A stretch of 64,000 bases of DNA from NCBI GenBank assembly GCA_000004985.1, contig GG738882.1; one strand, given 5' to 3'. The DNA is from Naegleria gruberi. Its lineage: Eukaryota. Positions within the stretch are counted from its first letter, which is position 1; every line of letters begins with the position of its first letter. Position numbers and translations under genes: made by a program. The notes below the pieces were generated by a model, which did no database searches, was not told where the DNA came from, and worked only from the letters and a program-made list of their open reading frames with translations. Shown here in pieces: positions 52,567 to 62,887 of the stretch.

Positions 52567-54603
52567 TTACAAATTATCAATTGTGACCTTGCCATGTTCT
52601 GGATGATTTGAAGGTAATGGGAAGGAGAAAACTTTGGAATAAAAGTAGAATTCACCATCCAATGACTTTTTGATATTTTCTGCCTTTCTGAAACCGTGTT
52701 GTTCTCCTTGGAATAATGTGTAAGAAACTGGTAATTTCTTCTCCTTAACTGCATTGTAAATCATTTCACTTTGATTTGGAGGAACAATCTTATCTTCATC
52801 ACCTTGGAAAATGATGAGTGGAACTCTGAGATTATCGACATGAGTAATTGGTGATCTTTCAATGTAAATTTCCTTTTCTTCAGGATATTTTCCAATTAAA
52901 TTATCCAAATATCTGGATTCGAATTTGTGAGTATCGTGTGCAAGAGCTTGCAAATCAGAAACACCATAATATGCAGCACCAGCTGAGAATACTTGCTTCT
53001 CAGGAGGAGAACACAAACAGGCAAATACTGTAAAACCACCTGCACTACCACCTGAAATACACAAACGCTTTGAATCAATTCTTCCTTGATCAGAAAGATA
53101 TTTGACACTATTATTCGAGTCGTCCACATCACTAATACCCCAAGTCTTGTGTAATCTGAATCTGTACTCTCTTCCATAACCAGTTGAGCCTGAATAGTCG
53201 ACATGCAATACACCAAAACCTCTTGAAGTCCAATATTGAGTCTTGTAGCTCAATGCTGTCATGACGCACGAGGTTGGACCACCGTGGATAAAGACAATGC
53301 AAGGAGGTTTTTCATTTTCTGGAGCAATATACTTTTCATTCTTTGGTGGATAAAAGTAAGCAAAGGCAGTTCTATTGAAACTTGTTGGGAATTCAATCAA
53401 TTCAGGGTGGGAGAAATTGTCTTGGGAGATGGTAATTTCAGCCGATTGTTTGACAAGTCTAATCTTTTGTTCCTCAATATCCAAATAGCAAATACTTGTT
53501 GGGAGGGATGGAGATGAAGCAATCAGGAATACCTTCTTTTTATCTGCTGAAAGAGCCAAAGATTTGAAGGAGGTAAATTGTGATTCCACTGCAGTCCACT
53601 TTCCTTCAGCAACAATGAAAACCTTTCCACTCAATGTACAAACAAATCTATCATCTCCAATAAGGACATAGGAAGAATTACCCAATTGCCACAATGGTCC
53701 TCCAATCTCAGTCTTTTCAATGTGAGTCATTAGATTTTCAGTCTTTCCACTTTCCAAACTATATCTCACAAGTGACCAGTATCCAGTTGGAAAATCAGTA
53801 ATGTAAAAGAGGAACTTTCCATCTGGTGAAAAGAGTGGTTCATTACAACTTTCCTCTTCACTCAAAGAAATCTTTCTACGAGTTGATTCAATTGGCTTAC
53901 TATCCTTATCGAGATCAACCATAAAAATTGCAGAATTATCCCATTGCATGTTTGGATGATTCCAAGCAATATAGGCCAATTTACTTCCATCTCTTGAAAC
54001 TTTAGGAGCAGCATAAAAATCCATTCCACTTGCCAATGTAATTGATTTTTCTTCATTACTCTTGGTTGACAAGGTGATAACACTATTTCTTGGCTCCTTT
54101 TCTCCAGTGACATGTTCTTCCTGAACAAAAACTAATCTTTCCCTTACTTCATCAACAAATCCATCACCAAATCTTACAGATGCATTTTCAGACAAGGAAA
54201 CCATCACAATATCACTCGATTCCTTTAAATTTACTTTCATCAATGCTTGATCTCTAAAATTCGAAAAGTAAACATCAGACTTGGAAGTAATCACGTGAGA
54301 CAATCCACCATATTCGTGAACTCTAGTTCTGGCAGAGTAGAAAATTGGACTCGTCTTGAAATCAGGAAATAAATCCTTCATCACCAATTGATCATCGGAT
54401 GAAGATTGGGATTTTTCAATAGAACACTCTACGAGAACACTTCTACCAGCCTCGCTTGGTCTCAACTCGACATAGACAAAAGTATTTGGATCGGAAGGAT
54501 GAGCAACAATATTGGAAAATCCAATACCAGACTCTGCAACCAAATCAGAAGAAATTGGTGAAATCCAGGAGCCGTATGGAGCAACAGTTTGATCTTGAGA
54601 CAT
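52567..54603 (-). CDS. prolyl-oligopeptidase family (S9) serine peptidase with N-terminal beta-propeller (acylaminoacyl-peptidase / dipeptidyl-peptidase-like)
   Basis: 678 aa, single exon. C-terminal alpha/beta-hydrolase domain with nucleophile elbow CISGGSAGGF, Asp in FQGDEDKIVP, His in GEQHGF. The N-terminal ~400 aa have propeller-like repeats. Confidence 0.8.
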   Translation of the reverse strand: MSQDQTVAPYGSWISPISSDLVAESGIGFSNIVAHPSDPNTFVYVELRPSEAGRSVLVECSIEKSQSSSDDQLVMKDLFPDFKTSPIFYSARTRVHEYGGLSHVITSKSDVYFSNFRDQALMKVNLKESSDIVMVSLSENASVRFGDGFVDEVRERLVFVQEEHVTGEKEPRNSVITLSTKSNEEKSITLASGMDFYAAPKVSRDGSKLAYIAWNHPNMQWDNSAIFMVDLDKDSKPIESTRRKISLSEEESCNEPLFSPDGKFLFYITDFPTGYWSLVRYSLESGKTENLMTHIEKTEIGGPLWQLGNSSYVLIGDDRFVCTLSGKVFIVAEGKWTAVESQFTSFKSLALSADKKKVFLIASSPSLPTSICYLDIEEQKIRLVKQSAEITISQDNFSHPELIEFPTSFNRTAFAYFYPPKNEKYIAPENEKPPCIVFIHGGPTSCVMTALSYKTQYWTSRGFGVLHVDYSGSTGYGREYRFRLHKTWGISDVDDSNNSVKYLSDQGRIDSKRLCISGGSAGGFTVFACLCSPPEKQVFSAGAAYYGVSDLQALAHDTHKFESRYLDNLIGKYPEEKEIYIERSPITHVDNLRVPLIIFQGDEDKIVPPNQSEMIYNAVKEKKLPVSYTLFQGEQHGFRKAENIKKSLDGEFYFYSKVFSFPLPSNHPEHGKVTIDNL

Positions 54604-54816
54604 TTTTTTAAATAGATTCTTTTCATGATCGGAGTTTATGATGGAGTTTTAAACTTGCACCTTAACAATTTATGAAGCTTGGAAATTTTGATCACCACAA
54701 TATTCTATTATCGATTGAGGAAAACCATTCAGGCTTACAAAAAGTGGCGCCAAAAATCAAATTAATAAGTCAAATAAAATACCTCGACTCCATCGATACT
54801 ACACTTAGCTTGGAAA

Positions 54817-56404
54817 ATGTTGGTACAAAAATACCTCAAAGAAGCACTAAGTTATGGGAAAAAGGCTTTTCAATTTGAGGAGAAACTTCCCTCCACACTT
54901 AAGGAATGTAACGAAAGTTATGCAAAGGCTTCGAGTTGTTTGAGGTGTGCCATTAGTTTCGAGAAGAATGAGCTTCTCAAGTCCATATACGAACAATTGA
55001 ATGCTACCTATGAAGGAAGAATAGGATTGTTAAGAGGAAATACAAATGAAAATTGTCATCAGCAACAACATCAAGAAGGAGGTGTCATCACTATTGATTC
55101 CGATTCAGATCGATCAGAGTCGAATCAAAGCCTTGAACAATCAGAGTCACTTCAGAGACCTTCCGAATTTCAAACAACAATGGAGACTTCTTCATCATCT
55201 CTGAAAAAAGTGGATTCTAAAAAGTCTAACAAGAGGCCAATTATGATTGACGAAAGTGGAGACGAAAGCAGTGCCGAAGAAGATGAAGAAGCCTCTTCTC
55301 AATATTCAAGTAAGAGAAAGAAGAGGAAGGATGTGGAGGAAATCAAATCATTCATCATTGATTCGAAAAAGAAAGGACCTAATGATCAAACTTGGAAACA
55401 AATAGTTGGATTGGAATCAGTCATTGAATGTATAAGGGAGGCAACAATTCTTCCTCAGAAATTTCCTCAATTATTTGTTGGGGAGAGAAGACCTTGGAGA
55501 GCAATTCTTCTCTATGTAAGTTTGATTGATTGAATTAATGCATTCTAATACTGTATAGGGACCTCCTGGTACAGGAAAGGTATGTAAATTGTAATCTTAA
55601 TATATTCACACGAATAATAACAAGACCTTATTGGCATCCACATTAGCAAGTGAATCTGAGGCAACATTTTTCAGTGTATCAAGTGCTGATCTTCTTTCGA
55701 AATGGGTTGGACAATCAGAGAAGAAAATTAAACAATTATTCGAATTTGCAGCATCCAGAAAGCCTTCAATTATTTTCATTGATGAAATAGATAGCTTGTG
55801 CTCTGCCAGAAATGACACTGACAGTGAAACTTCAAGGAGAATCAAAACAGAATTCCTCGTACAGATGCAAGGCATAGGATCTAGAGATGGTGTTACAGTC
55901 ATTGGTGCAACAAACTTGCCTTGGGATATTGACTCTGCTATAAGGAGAAGATTTGAGAAGAGAATATATGTTCCTCTACCAACTCAAGAATCAAGAAGAG
56001 AAATTATCAAACACAACCTTAGAAATACTCCAAACTCGCTCATTGAGGAGAATTTTCAAAAGATTGCTGAGCTAACAGACGGCTATTCAGGGTCTGACCT
56101 TTCTGTTGTCATACGACAGGCCATTATGGAACCATTGAGAAAGTGTCAACAAGCCACTCATTTTAGATTAATATCTGGATACTCTCCAATAACTGGAATC
56201 GAGCGCAATGACTTGTTAGAACCCGTGTTTGAAAATATTGAGCAGTTTGATACAGTTCAAATATCCTTGTACGATATTTCACCTGAAAAGCTATTACCAC
56301 CCTTAGTATCATTCGAAGACTTTGAAAAGGCATTGAACATTATTCACCCAACGCTATCAAGGGAAGATGTTGCAAAGTATCAAGAATTTTCCAAAATATT
56401 CTAA
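54817..56404 (+). CDS. VPS4: Vps4-type AAA ATPase (MIT domain plus AAA cassette), 3 exons including a 21-nt micro-exon
   Basis: Exon 1 54817..55515, intron 55516..55558 (43 nt), micro-exon 55559..55579 (GGACCTCCTGGTACAGGAAAG = GPPGTGK), intron 55580..55624 (45 nt, GTATGT...CAAG), exon 3 55625..56404. Spliced product ...PWRAILLY|GPPGTGK|TLLASTLASESEATFFSVSSADLLSKWVGQSEK...IIFIDEIDSL...ATNLPWDIDSAIRRRFEKRIYVPLP... matches Vps4 throughout. N-terminal MIT-like helices. Confidence 0.9.
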
Positions 56405-56412
56405 TTTATAAC

Positions 56413-58332
56413 TTAAAATTTAACAAAGTCTGACAATATTCTCATTCTCCTACATCCTCTATAACTGTGGAAGGCAGTCAATCTAGCTGCCGATAAACTA
56501 CCACCCTTATTGTCGGTAATGTCAAGCTCCTCAATTGTTCTGTTATGTCTTAGAATTGGTCTAATCTTTTCATCGCTCAATTTACAACCTCGAATAGTTA
56601 AGAATCTAATATTTCTATTTTCACTGAGCTTTTGAGTGAATTTTGGATCCAATAAATTGGTGCAGTTGATAATCTTTAGAGTGACGAGGGAGTTGTTCTT
56701 TTTGAAAAGCTCACCCTCTGGCTCACTCCATGAATAAAGGGTTTTTGGAGAATTATTATTTGGTGTTGGTTTGTGATAAGTTACGTTGTTTGCAGTCAAG
56801 CTTTTGACTGGTGTATGGAGAAGTATTGATTCGAGAGATTCTATTCCTTCAAATACATCATCCAATAGAGTAAGAGTTTGAACAGAGGAGTGGGTCAATA
56901 ATTCACAAAATTCCTTACTCAATACTGTATGAGCAATCAAGAGAGTTTTCAAATGAGTTTGACAAGCATAGCTTTGAAGGAGTTGTTTGATTTCATGATC
57001 TTTCAAACCATTGACAATACAAGTTCTAATTTTGTAGTTTGTTTGTTGTTTGAGTGTGAGTTTTTCGAGAATACTTCTCCTTCTGTCTTCCATTATTTCA
57101 CGTTGTTGTCTCTTGGCTTCCTCTTCCTCTTCAGTGAGTACAAGTCTGATTTGTGAAATTTCCTTATTACTCTTGAATGGATACATTTTGAAATATTGTG
57201 CCATTCTAGATGTTTCATGGGAAAGTACAGAGGTAGATTTAAAGTTGAGAGTGGATTGAACTTCCAAATCGTCGTCATCTATCATCTTGTTAATTTTCAA
57301 TACTTCAATACTTGGGAATGTATTCAAAATATCAATAAAGAACATCCTCTTTCCCTTCATGAGACTGTCATCTTCATCCTGTTCATCACCTCCCATACTC
57401 ATATAAGTTTCATAGTCTTCAATGATTCCTTGTCTAAATCTGCTACATTCCGTCTCAATGTAAAGTGTCTTCATGTTCAGTTTGAAGAATTCATTGAATG
57501 AAACATCCATGAGCTTTTCTAAAAATCTATCTACTTGAGCTCTGTCCATATTCTTCACATGGAGAGCCAGTTGGAGTTTGTTATTCAATAGATTTTTAGG
57601 CAATTTACTCCAGAATGTGTTGATCCATGAATTTGTTTCATCCATGCACTCTACCAAAACATCTTCAAAAGGTAAGGCAGTGGATAACACAATTGATTGG
57701 AAAGAGGAAATCATCCTTGGCAAGTAGATCATTTCATGCATCATGAGAGATGTTTCTGCATGTTCCTCCAAATCGAGAATATTTGCAATCGAAGAAACTT
57801 TCTTTGTTTTTGAATTCTTACTTTTAGCATTGATTTCCTGATGATTTGAAATAGCATCATTTACCTGATGATTGAATAGTTTATGCAAATGATATCTGGA
57901 AATATACGAATCCAAAGTAAAAATCACAGAAGGAAAGACTAGGAATGGTGTAACATAATCCCGATGATGTGATTCTTTGAATTTACCAAAGAATGTTGGC
58001 ACCTTGGTTAATCTATTCATTTCCTCTTCAAACCACAGTGTATACTGTTGTTCTTCGTCATCTCTTGTGAGTGGTGATGCGCACTTGGTGTCATCAATAA
58101 TTCTCTCCTTCATAAAATCATACGGAAAGTGAATTGTATGAAAGGAGAGAATGTGTCTAATTAATTCTGCTGGCAAATGATTAAAAACATTATTGTCCAT
58201 ATTAATAGTTGGTATCATTAAATAATTATTATTATCAATGCTACTAGTAGTATTCATAAAAATCTCAGAGAGATTATGCTCTGTAAAATGTGCAGGATCT
58301 GTTGTAAAGTATAATAGAGAATTAGTAATCAA
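56413..58332 (-). CDS. F-box / leucine-rich-repeat protein
   Basis: 639 aa. F-box-like LPAELIRHILSFHTIHFPYDF near the N-terminus. C-terminal LRR-like repeats (…LTLLDDVFEGIESLESILLHTP…LVTLKIINCTNLLDPKFTQKLSENRNIRFLTIRGCKLSDEKIRPIL…). Confidence 0.5.
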   Translation of the reverse strand: MITNSLLYFTTDPAHFTEHNLSEIFMNTTSSIDNNNYLMIPTINMDNNVFNHLPAELIRHILSFHTIHFPYDFMKERIIDDTKCASPLTRDDEEQQYTLWFEEEMNRLTKVPTFFGKFKESHHRDYVTPFLVFPSVIFTLDSYISRYHLHKLFNHQVNDAISNHQEINAKSKNSKTKKVSSIANILDLEEHAETSLMMHEMIYLPRMISSFQSIVLSTALPFEDVLVECMDETNSWINTFWSKLPKNLLNNKLQLALHVKNMDRAQVDRFLEKLMDVSFNEFFKLNMKTLYIETECSRFRQGIIEDYETYMSMGGDEQDEDDSLMKGKRMFFIDILNTFPSIEVLKINKMIDDDDLEVQSTLNFKSTSVLSHETSRMAQYFKMYPFKSNKEISQIRLVLTEEEEEAKRQQREIMEDRRRSILEKLTLKQQTNYKIRTCIVNGLKDHEIKQLLQSYACQTHLKTLLIAHTVLSKEFCELLTHSSVQTLTLLDDVFEGIESLESILLHTPVKSLTANNVTYHKPTPNNNSPKTLYSWSEPEGELFKKNNSLVTLKIINCTNLLDPKFTQKLSENRNIRFLTIRGCKLSDEKIRPILRHNRTIEELDITDNKGGSLSAARLTAFHSYRGCRRMRILSDFVKF

Positions 58333-58655
58333 TCAACACTCAAAGTTGTTGTTTGCTGGTTTACATGAAACTCTCCGAAGGAATTGGTTTGGTGGATTTT
58401 TTTTATCTTTTAAAAGAGAATCTTAAGCTTATCTTGTAAATGTCGCTTATTTTGAGTGTAAAACTTGGAATTGAGGTTGTAAGCAGCAAGGTGGTAACAA
58501 GAAGATAATATTTTCATCAATATGTAGTGCTTTTAACATTCCTCTGAATCTTCCAATGTTATCTCCCTTGAATATTGAAAATTAATTGTAAACCAAAAAT
58601 TGATAATATATTTTTAGAAATTTTACAATTATGATTAGTTCGATCAGATACCTGA

Positions 58656-58736
58656 TTTGTAGGTGAATAGTTTAATTGGGAGAACGCAGAAGGCCGCCTT
58701 GAATCTGAAGTGGTAGATCGAAACTGCCTTCACCTA
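58656..58736 (+). ncRNA. tRNA-like element (degenerate tRNA pseudogene or tRNA-derived Pol III element)
   Basis: TGTAGGTGAA...TTCACCTACA: 10-bp terminal inverted repeat enclosing ~61 nt. A-box-like TAGTTTAATTGGGAGAAC and T-arm-like GGTAGATCGAAACTGCC. T-runs follow (CTTTTATCTTTTGG). No 5-bp anticodon stem can be formed. Confidence 0.3.
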
Positions 58737-59153
58737 CAGTTAACTTTTATCTTTTGGATTGACTGGGGAAAATCATTGCTTTAGCTCATGTTGAGATAGG
58801 AGAGATATCATTGATGAAGATCTACTGGCTAAAAGCCATTTCCAAAATTCTACCGTTATCACTTTATCCATTTTCACTCCTCTCCCACCTCAAATATAAT
58901 TCTCATCACAAACAAACCTCAATGACCTTACTCCATCAATGAATGGAATTGGATGAGTTTTTTTTAGATTTTGTAAAACAAACAGATAAGTTCCAACAAG
59001 CTTGCCAATGTGGTTCAGTGCTTGCAAAAAAATTCTAAAAAAAAATTCGTGTGATTTTTCATTTTTTTTAAAAGCGTCTACATCACAAGCCTTTTTGCTT
59101 TGTTCATCACACCATCACGGATTGATCATCATCATATTACATCTCTATAGAAA

Positions 59154-60263
59154 ATGAGCGTTAAAGTAGAAGAATCAACATCTGCTATTGATTTGTATAT
59201 TCACCCACTTATTCTGATTAACATTTCAGATCACTACACAAGAAAAAAGTATCAATTGAAGGGATCATCCGGTGATGCTTTTGATTCCAAGGTTGTTGGT
59301 ATCCTCTTTGGTACTCAAGACGGAAGAAGAGTTGAAGTTAGAACTTCCTTTGAATTAGTCTTCTCTGTCGATAAGGGAGGTGTTGTAAATATTGATCACA
59401 GCTATTTGCAAGAAAAGGTCGAACAATGTATGTTATTATTATTTATTGTTAATGATGATGATGACACAGAACTACTTTTCACAATTTTCCATCATATTAT
59501 TGTATATTTTGATTATGACATTTTAACTTGATCGTCATCGCTTGTGATTAATTTTAACTTTTGCTACAATTCGAAACACTACAACAACAACAAATTATAT
59601 TTCAACATTATTTTACAACACTACAACAAAATAGATAAACAAGTTTTCAAGAATTACGATGTTTTGGGATGGTACTCAACAGGAACAGAAATCAGAAAGG
59701 AATACTCACAAATTCAACAAGAAATTGTCAGATACAATGAAAATCCATTGATGCTTTTAGTTAGTGTTGCTTTTGGATCAGTTCAAAAGGAATTGCCATT
59801 GTATGTCTATGAAAGTAATATTAACAATACAACTGGTAGTGAAATTACTTGGGCTTCACTTACCTACAAGATTGAAACCGAAGAAAGTGAAAGAATTGTT
59901 GTTGATCAAGTCAACCGTATGGACAAGAGAGACGGATCTTCATCATCACTTATTCCACAATATGTTACAGTTTCAAATGCTGTTGGCATGTTGATTGAAC
60001 GTGTTGATATTTTGGTCAATTATTTGGAACAAGTCAAGGCAGGAAAGATTGAACCAGATTACAAAAAGTTACGTGAAATTTCATCCCTCTCCCATCGTTT
60101 GCCAGCTGTTGTTTCTGATAAGTTCAAGTCTGACTATGTTAATGATGTCAATGAAAGTCTTATCATTACTTACCTTGCTACCATGACAAAGGGTATCAAT
60201 CAATTCAATAACGTTGTTGAAAAGTACTCTTCCCTCAGTGCTGGTAAGAAGAGAATGTACTAA
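59154..60263 (+). CDS. MPN-domain protein without JAMM motif, CSN6-like (COP9 signalosome subunit 6; alternatively eIF3f/Rpn8-type), 2 exons
   Basis: Exon 1 59154..59427, intron 59428..59634 (GTATGT...ATAG), exon 2 59635..60263. MPN blocks IHPLILINISDHYTR, VVGILFG, ...HSYLQEKVEQ|YKQVFKNYDVLGWYSTGTEI (no HxH JAMM motif). C-terminal TYLATMTKGINQFNNVVEKYSSL resembles the CSN6 C-terminal region. Confidence 0.6.
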
Positions 60264-60365
60264 ATGTAATAAAAATTGTACTTTATAATAAGTTAAATTT
60301 CAATTTCCAAAGTGTTGCCTTGGAAAGGACCTAGGTCTAGAGCACATTTGCAATAATTTACAAGT

Positions 60366-61403
60366 TTAGTTTTTACAACCAACTGGCTGATTTGTGAATT
60401 GCCTTTCGAGCTTATTTCGCCTCACTTCATTTCCTTGCAGTATATCTTGTTGAGGTTGTTGTGGAATTGGTGAATTTCGTTCAGGATCTCCCATCAAATT
60501 CTTCTTTCTTCTCTGATGAATTTCATCCTTAATCTTATTAAGTGAAGGATCTTCTTGGTAGGTGTTATGATTCAGAGGAGCCATTGATCCATGGTCATGG
60601 GAAGCTCTCTTCTTGGCCAAAACTTCCTTTCTGAAGGAATGTAGTGATCCTTGTTCACCTAGAGGAGTATTTGCCACATGTGTGCTTGTGTTGGTGTTAT
60701 TTGTCTGTACAATAAGGTCTTCTTCTGGGCTACTGCTATCGCTTCCACTATTATCACCTCCAACTGTTGTTGTTTTCATAAACCTGAAAACGCTTGGATA
60801 TTTAATCTTCTTGTCATTATTGGTCTGGTTGTTGGAATATTTGGAATGCTCTCCATATTGATTGTGGTAGGAAGATTGATCAGGGTGTGAGTAGGAGGTA
60901 TTGTGTTCGTCTTCAGTTGGTTCTGAATTATTGAGGGGATCTTTGGTTTTCATTCGCTTGGAGGAGAGGATGGAATTGTTGATAAAACTTGCTGATGCAT
61001 TGAATATCGGACTTTCGTTCATGTGTGAAATATGTTGAGGTGGTTCATTCTGTTCTTCTATTGTGAATGGGGTTCCAACCGACTGCCCCAAGGGTGATGA
61101 AGAACCCGAGTCAATACTATAATCTTCTTCTTCTTGTACTTCTAAAACTTCTACGCTAGGCTTTCTAGCAAGTGAATGATGATTATTGTTGTTGTTGTTA
61201 GTTATACGTTTTCTTCTCTTTGGTATGAATTGGTATTGAGGATTTGAAAAGTTACCAACTGCATTGAGTTGATTTGCAATTTTCGTTGAGAAACGAGGGG
61301 ATACACTCATTGGTAAATTGTCTGGGAGATCGTCAAGGTCAGTGTCGTTCATTGTTTTTATTTTGGAAGGAAAGAGATAAGGTGAGGCGATAAGTGTGTT
61401 CAA
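60366..61403 (-). CDS. hypothetical S/N/Q/P-rich low-complexity protein
   Basis: 345-aa ORF with poly-N stretch. No domain recognised. Confidence 0.3.
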   Translation of the reverse strand: MNTLIASPYLFPSKIKTMNDTDLDDLPDNLPMSVSPRFSTKIANQLNAVGNFSNPQYQFIPKRRKRITNNNNNNHHSLARKPSVEVLEVQEEEDYSIDSGSSSPLGQSVGTPFTIEEQNEPPQHISHMNESPIFNASASFINNSILSSKRMKTKDPLNNSEPTEDEHNTSYSHPDQSSYHNQYGEHSKYSNNQTNNDKKIKYPSVFRFMKTTTVGGDNSGSDSSSPEEDLIVQTNNTNTSTHVANTPLGEQGSLHSFRKEVLAKKRASHDHGSMAPLNHNTYQEDPSLNKIKDEIHQRRKKNLMGDPERNSPIPQQPQQDILQGNEVRRNKLERQFTNQPVGCKN

Positions 61404-62260
61404 ACTCTTTTAAATGTAGAAAGAGTTATTATTAGAAGTTTCTTGATGTTAAGATTTTGGAGGAGTATTGTTGTGGATATCACTAACTGTTAATAGTAGT
61501 AGAATAAATATTATTTGATGATGAGAATGATACTAAGAATTATTCCTAATGAAAAAGCTTTTTGTTCAAATTGATGATGTTAAAAAATTATTAACCGAAA
61601 AAGCTCGAGCTGCACGCCGTTGAATATTCTCTCAAATCGAAAAATGATGAGACTAAGCGTAGAGAGTGTTGTTGTTCACTAATTTTTTTTATAGTTTTTG
61701 TTGGTTGCGGTTTGCTAAAAAAACTGTAACGTTTTGGCGGGCATGTAAAAATAAATTAATCACTTTTATACTTATTAATACTGTCTGCAGTATAGGACAT
61801 TAAAAAGTTTGATTTAAACCTATCTTTTAACAATAGTGTTACCTAACCCTAGCCTACATTTCCTATGATAAACATCACAATTAATATCCATACACAACAT
61901 TGATATTCCTTAGTCCTTCAAGGTTCTCCAAAGTTCAAGCTTAAATCCAATCAAAATCTTTTTAAAAAATCCCTCAATTAACTTTCAAGTTCATTTCCTT
62001 ATGATATAATTTGATTTCGAAGAAAGCTTATCATATTGTTGGGAAATTAACAATCCCAAAAGATCATCTGAACTCCGAGGAGCATATCCTCATGAACATT
62101 GAAATATCAATATAAAAAGGACGTATTAAACATCGCAACAAATCGCATGTAAGCACAATCTATGAAATCTTGATTTTGCCTATCTTCAAAAGTATAAATT
62201 CGTCATGTCCAATAGGAAATTAAACAAAAAAACAATTCCAACAACAAATAAGAAGAAAAA

Positions 62261-62803
62261 ATGGCTCCAACACTTCTCCATACCATGATCCGAGTTGGTA
62301 ACTTGGAAAAGTCTATCAACTTTTATTGTAATATTTTCGGAATGAAGGAAAAGAGAAGAAGTGATTATCCTGAAGGTAAATTTACTCTTGCCTTCATTGG
62401 ATATGAAAATGATGCTCATGAAATTGAATTGGTAAGCTTGGCTTTATCAAATTATTTAATTAATATTATAATATTTAATGTTGTTGGATTAATAATTATT
62501 AAAATTTGATGAATTTAAATAATAATACTAATTAGACTTATAATTATGGTGTTGAAAAGTATGATATTGGTACTGGATTCGGACATTTGGCTATTGGTGT
62601 TGAGGATATTTACTCTGTTGTTGAACAAGTTAGAGAATGTGGTTGTAAGGTATGTCATTATCATAGTTTTTAAAGCTTTAATTTCTAATAATTTAGGTTA
62701 CAAGAGAACCAGGTCCAATGAAGCACGGCACTACTGTTATTGCCTTTGTTGAAGATCCTGATGGATACAAGGTCGAACTCATTGAACGTAAAACAATGAT
62801 TTA
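62261..62803 (+). CDS. GLO1: glyoxalase I (lactoylglutathione lyase), 3 exons
   Basis: Exon 1 62261..62431, intron 62432..62534 (GTAAGC...TTAG), exon 2 62535..62648, intron 62649..62695 (GTATGT...TTAG), exon 3 62696..62803. Product [30 protein letters not shown]...[15 protein letters not shown]|[38 protein letters not shown]|[32 protein letters not shown]. Collinear with bacterial/eukaryotic single-domain GloA (MRLLHTMLRVGDL...LAFVGY...ELTYNWG...GHIA...[29 protein letters not shown]). Confidence 0.85.
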
Positions 62804-62887
62804 AATTAAATTTTACATTTTAACACAATTATTGGAGAGGTTTTTCCTTTATATATTCCTAGGATACATATTTACAATTATATTCAA

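Noticed and set aside
58656-58736. Functional tRNA gene
   Set aside because: Acceptor, D- and T-arm-like segments exist, but no 5-bp anticodon stem or U33-containing 7-nt loop can be formed, with or without a canonical 37/38 intron. Retained only as a tRNA-like element.
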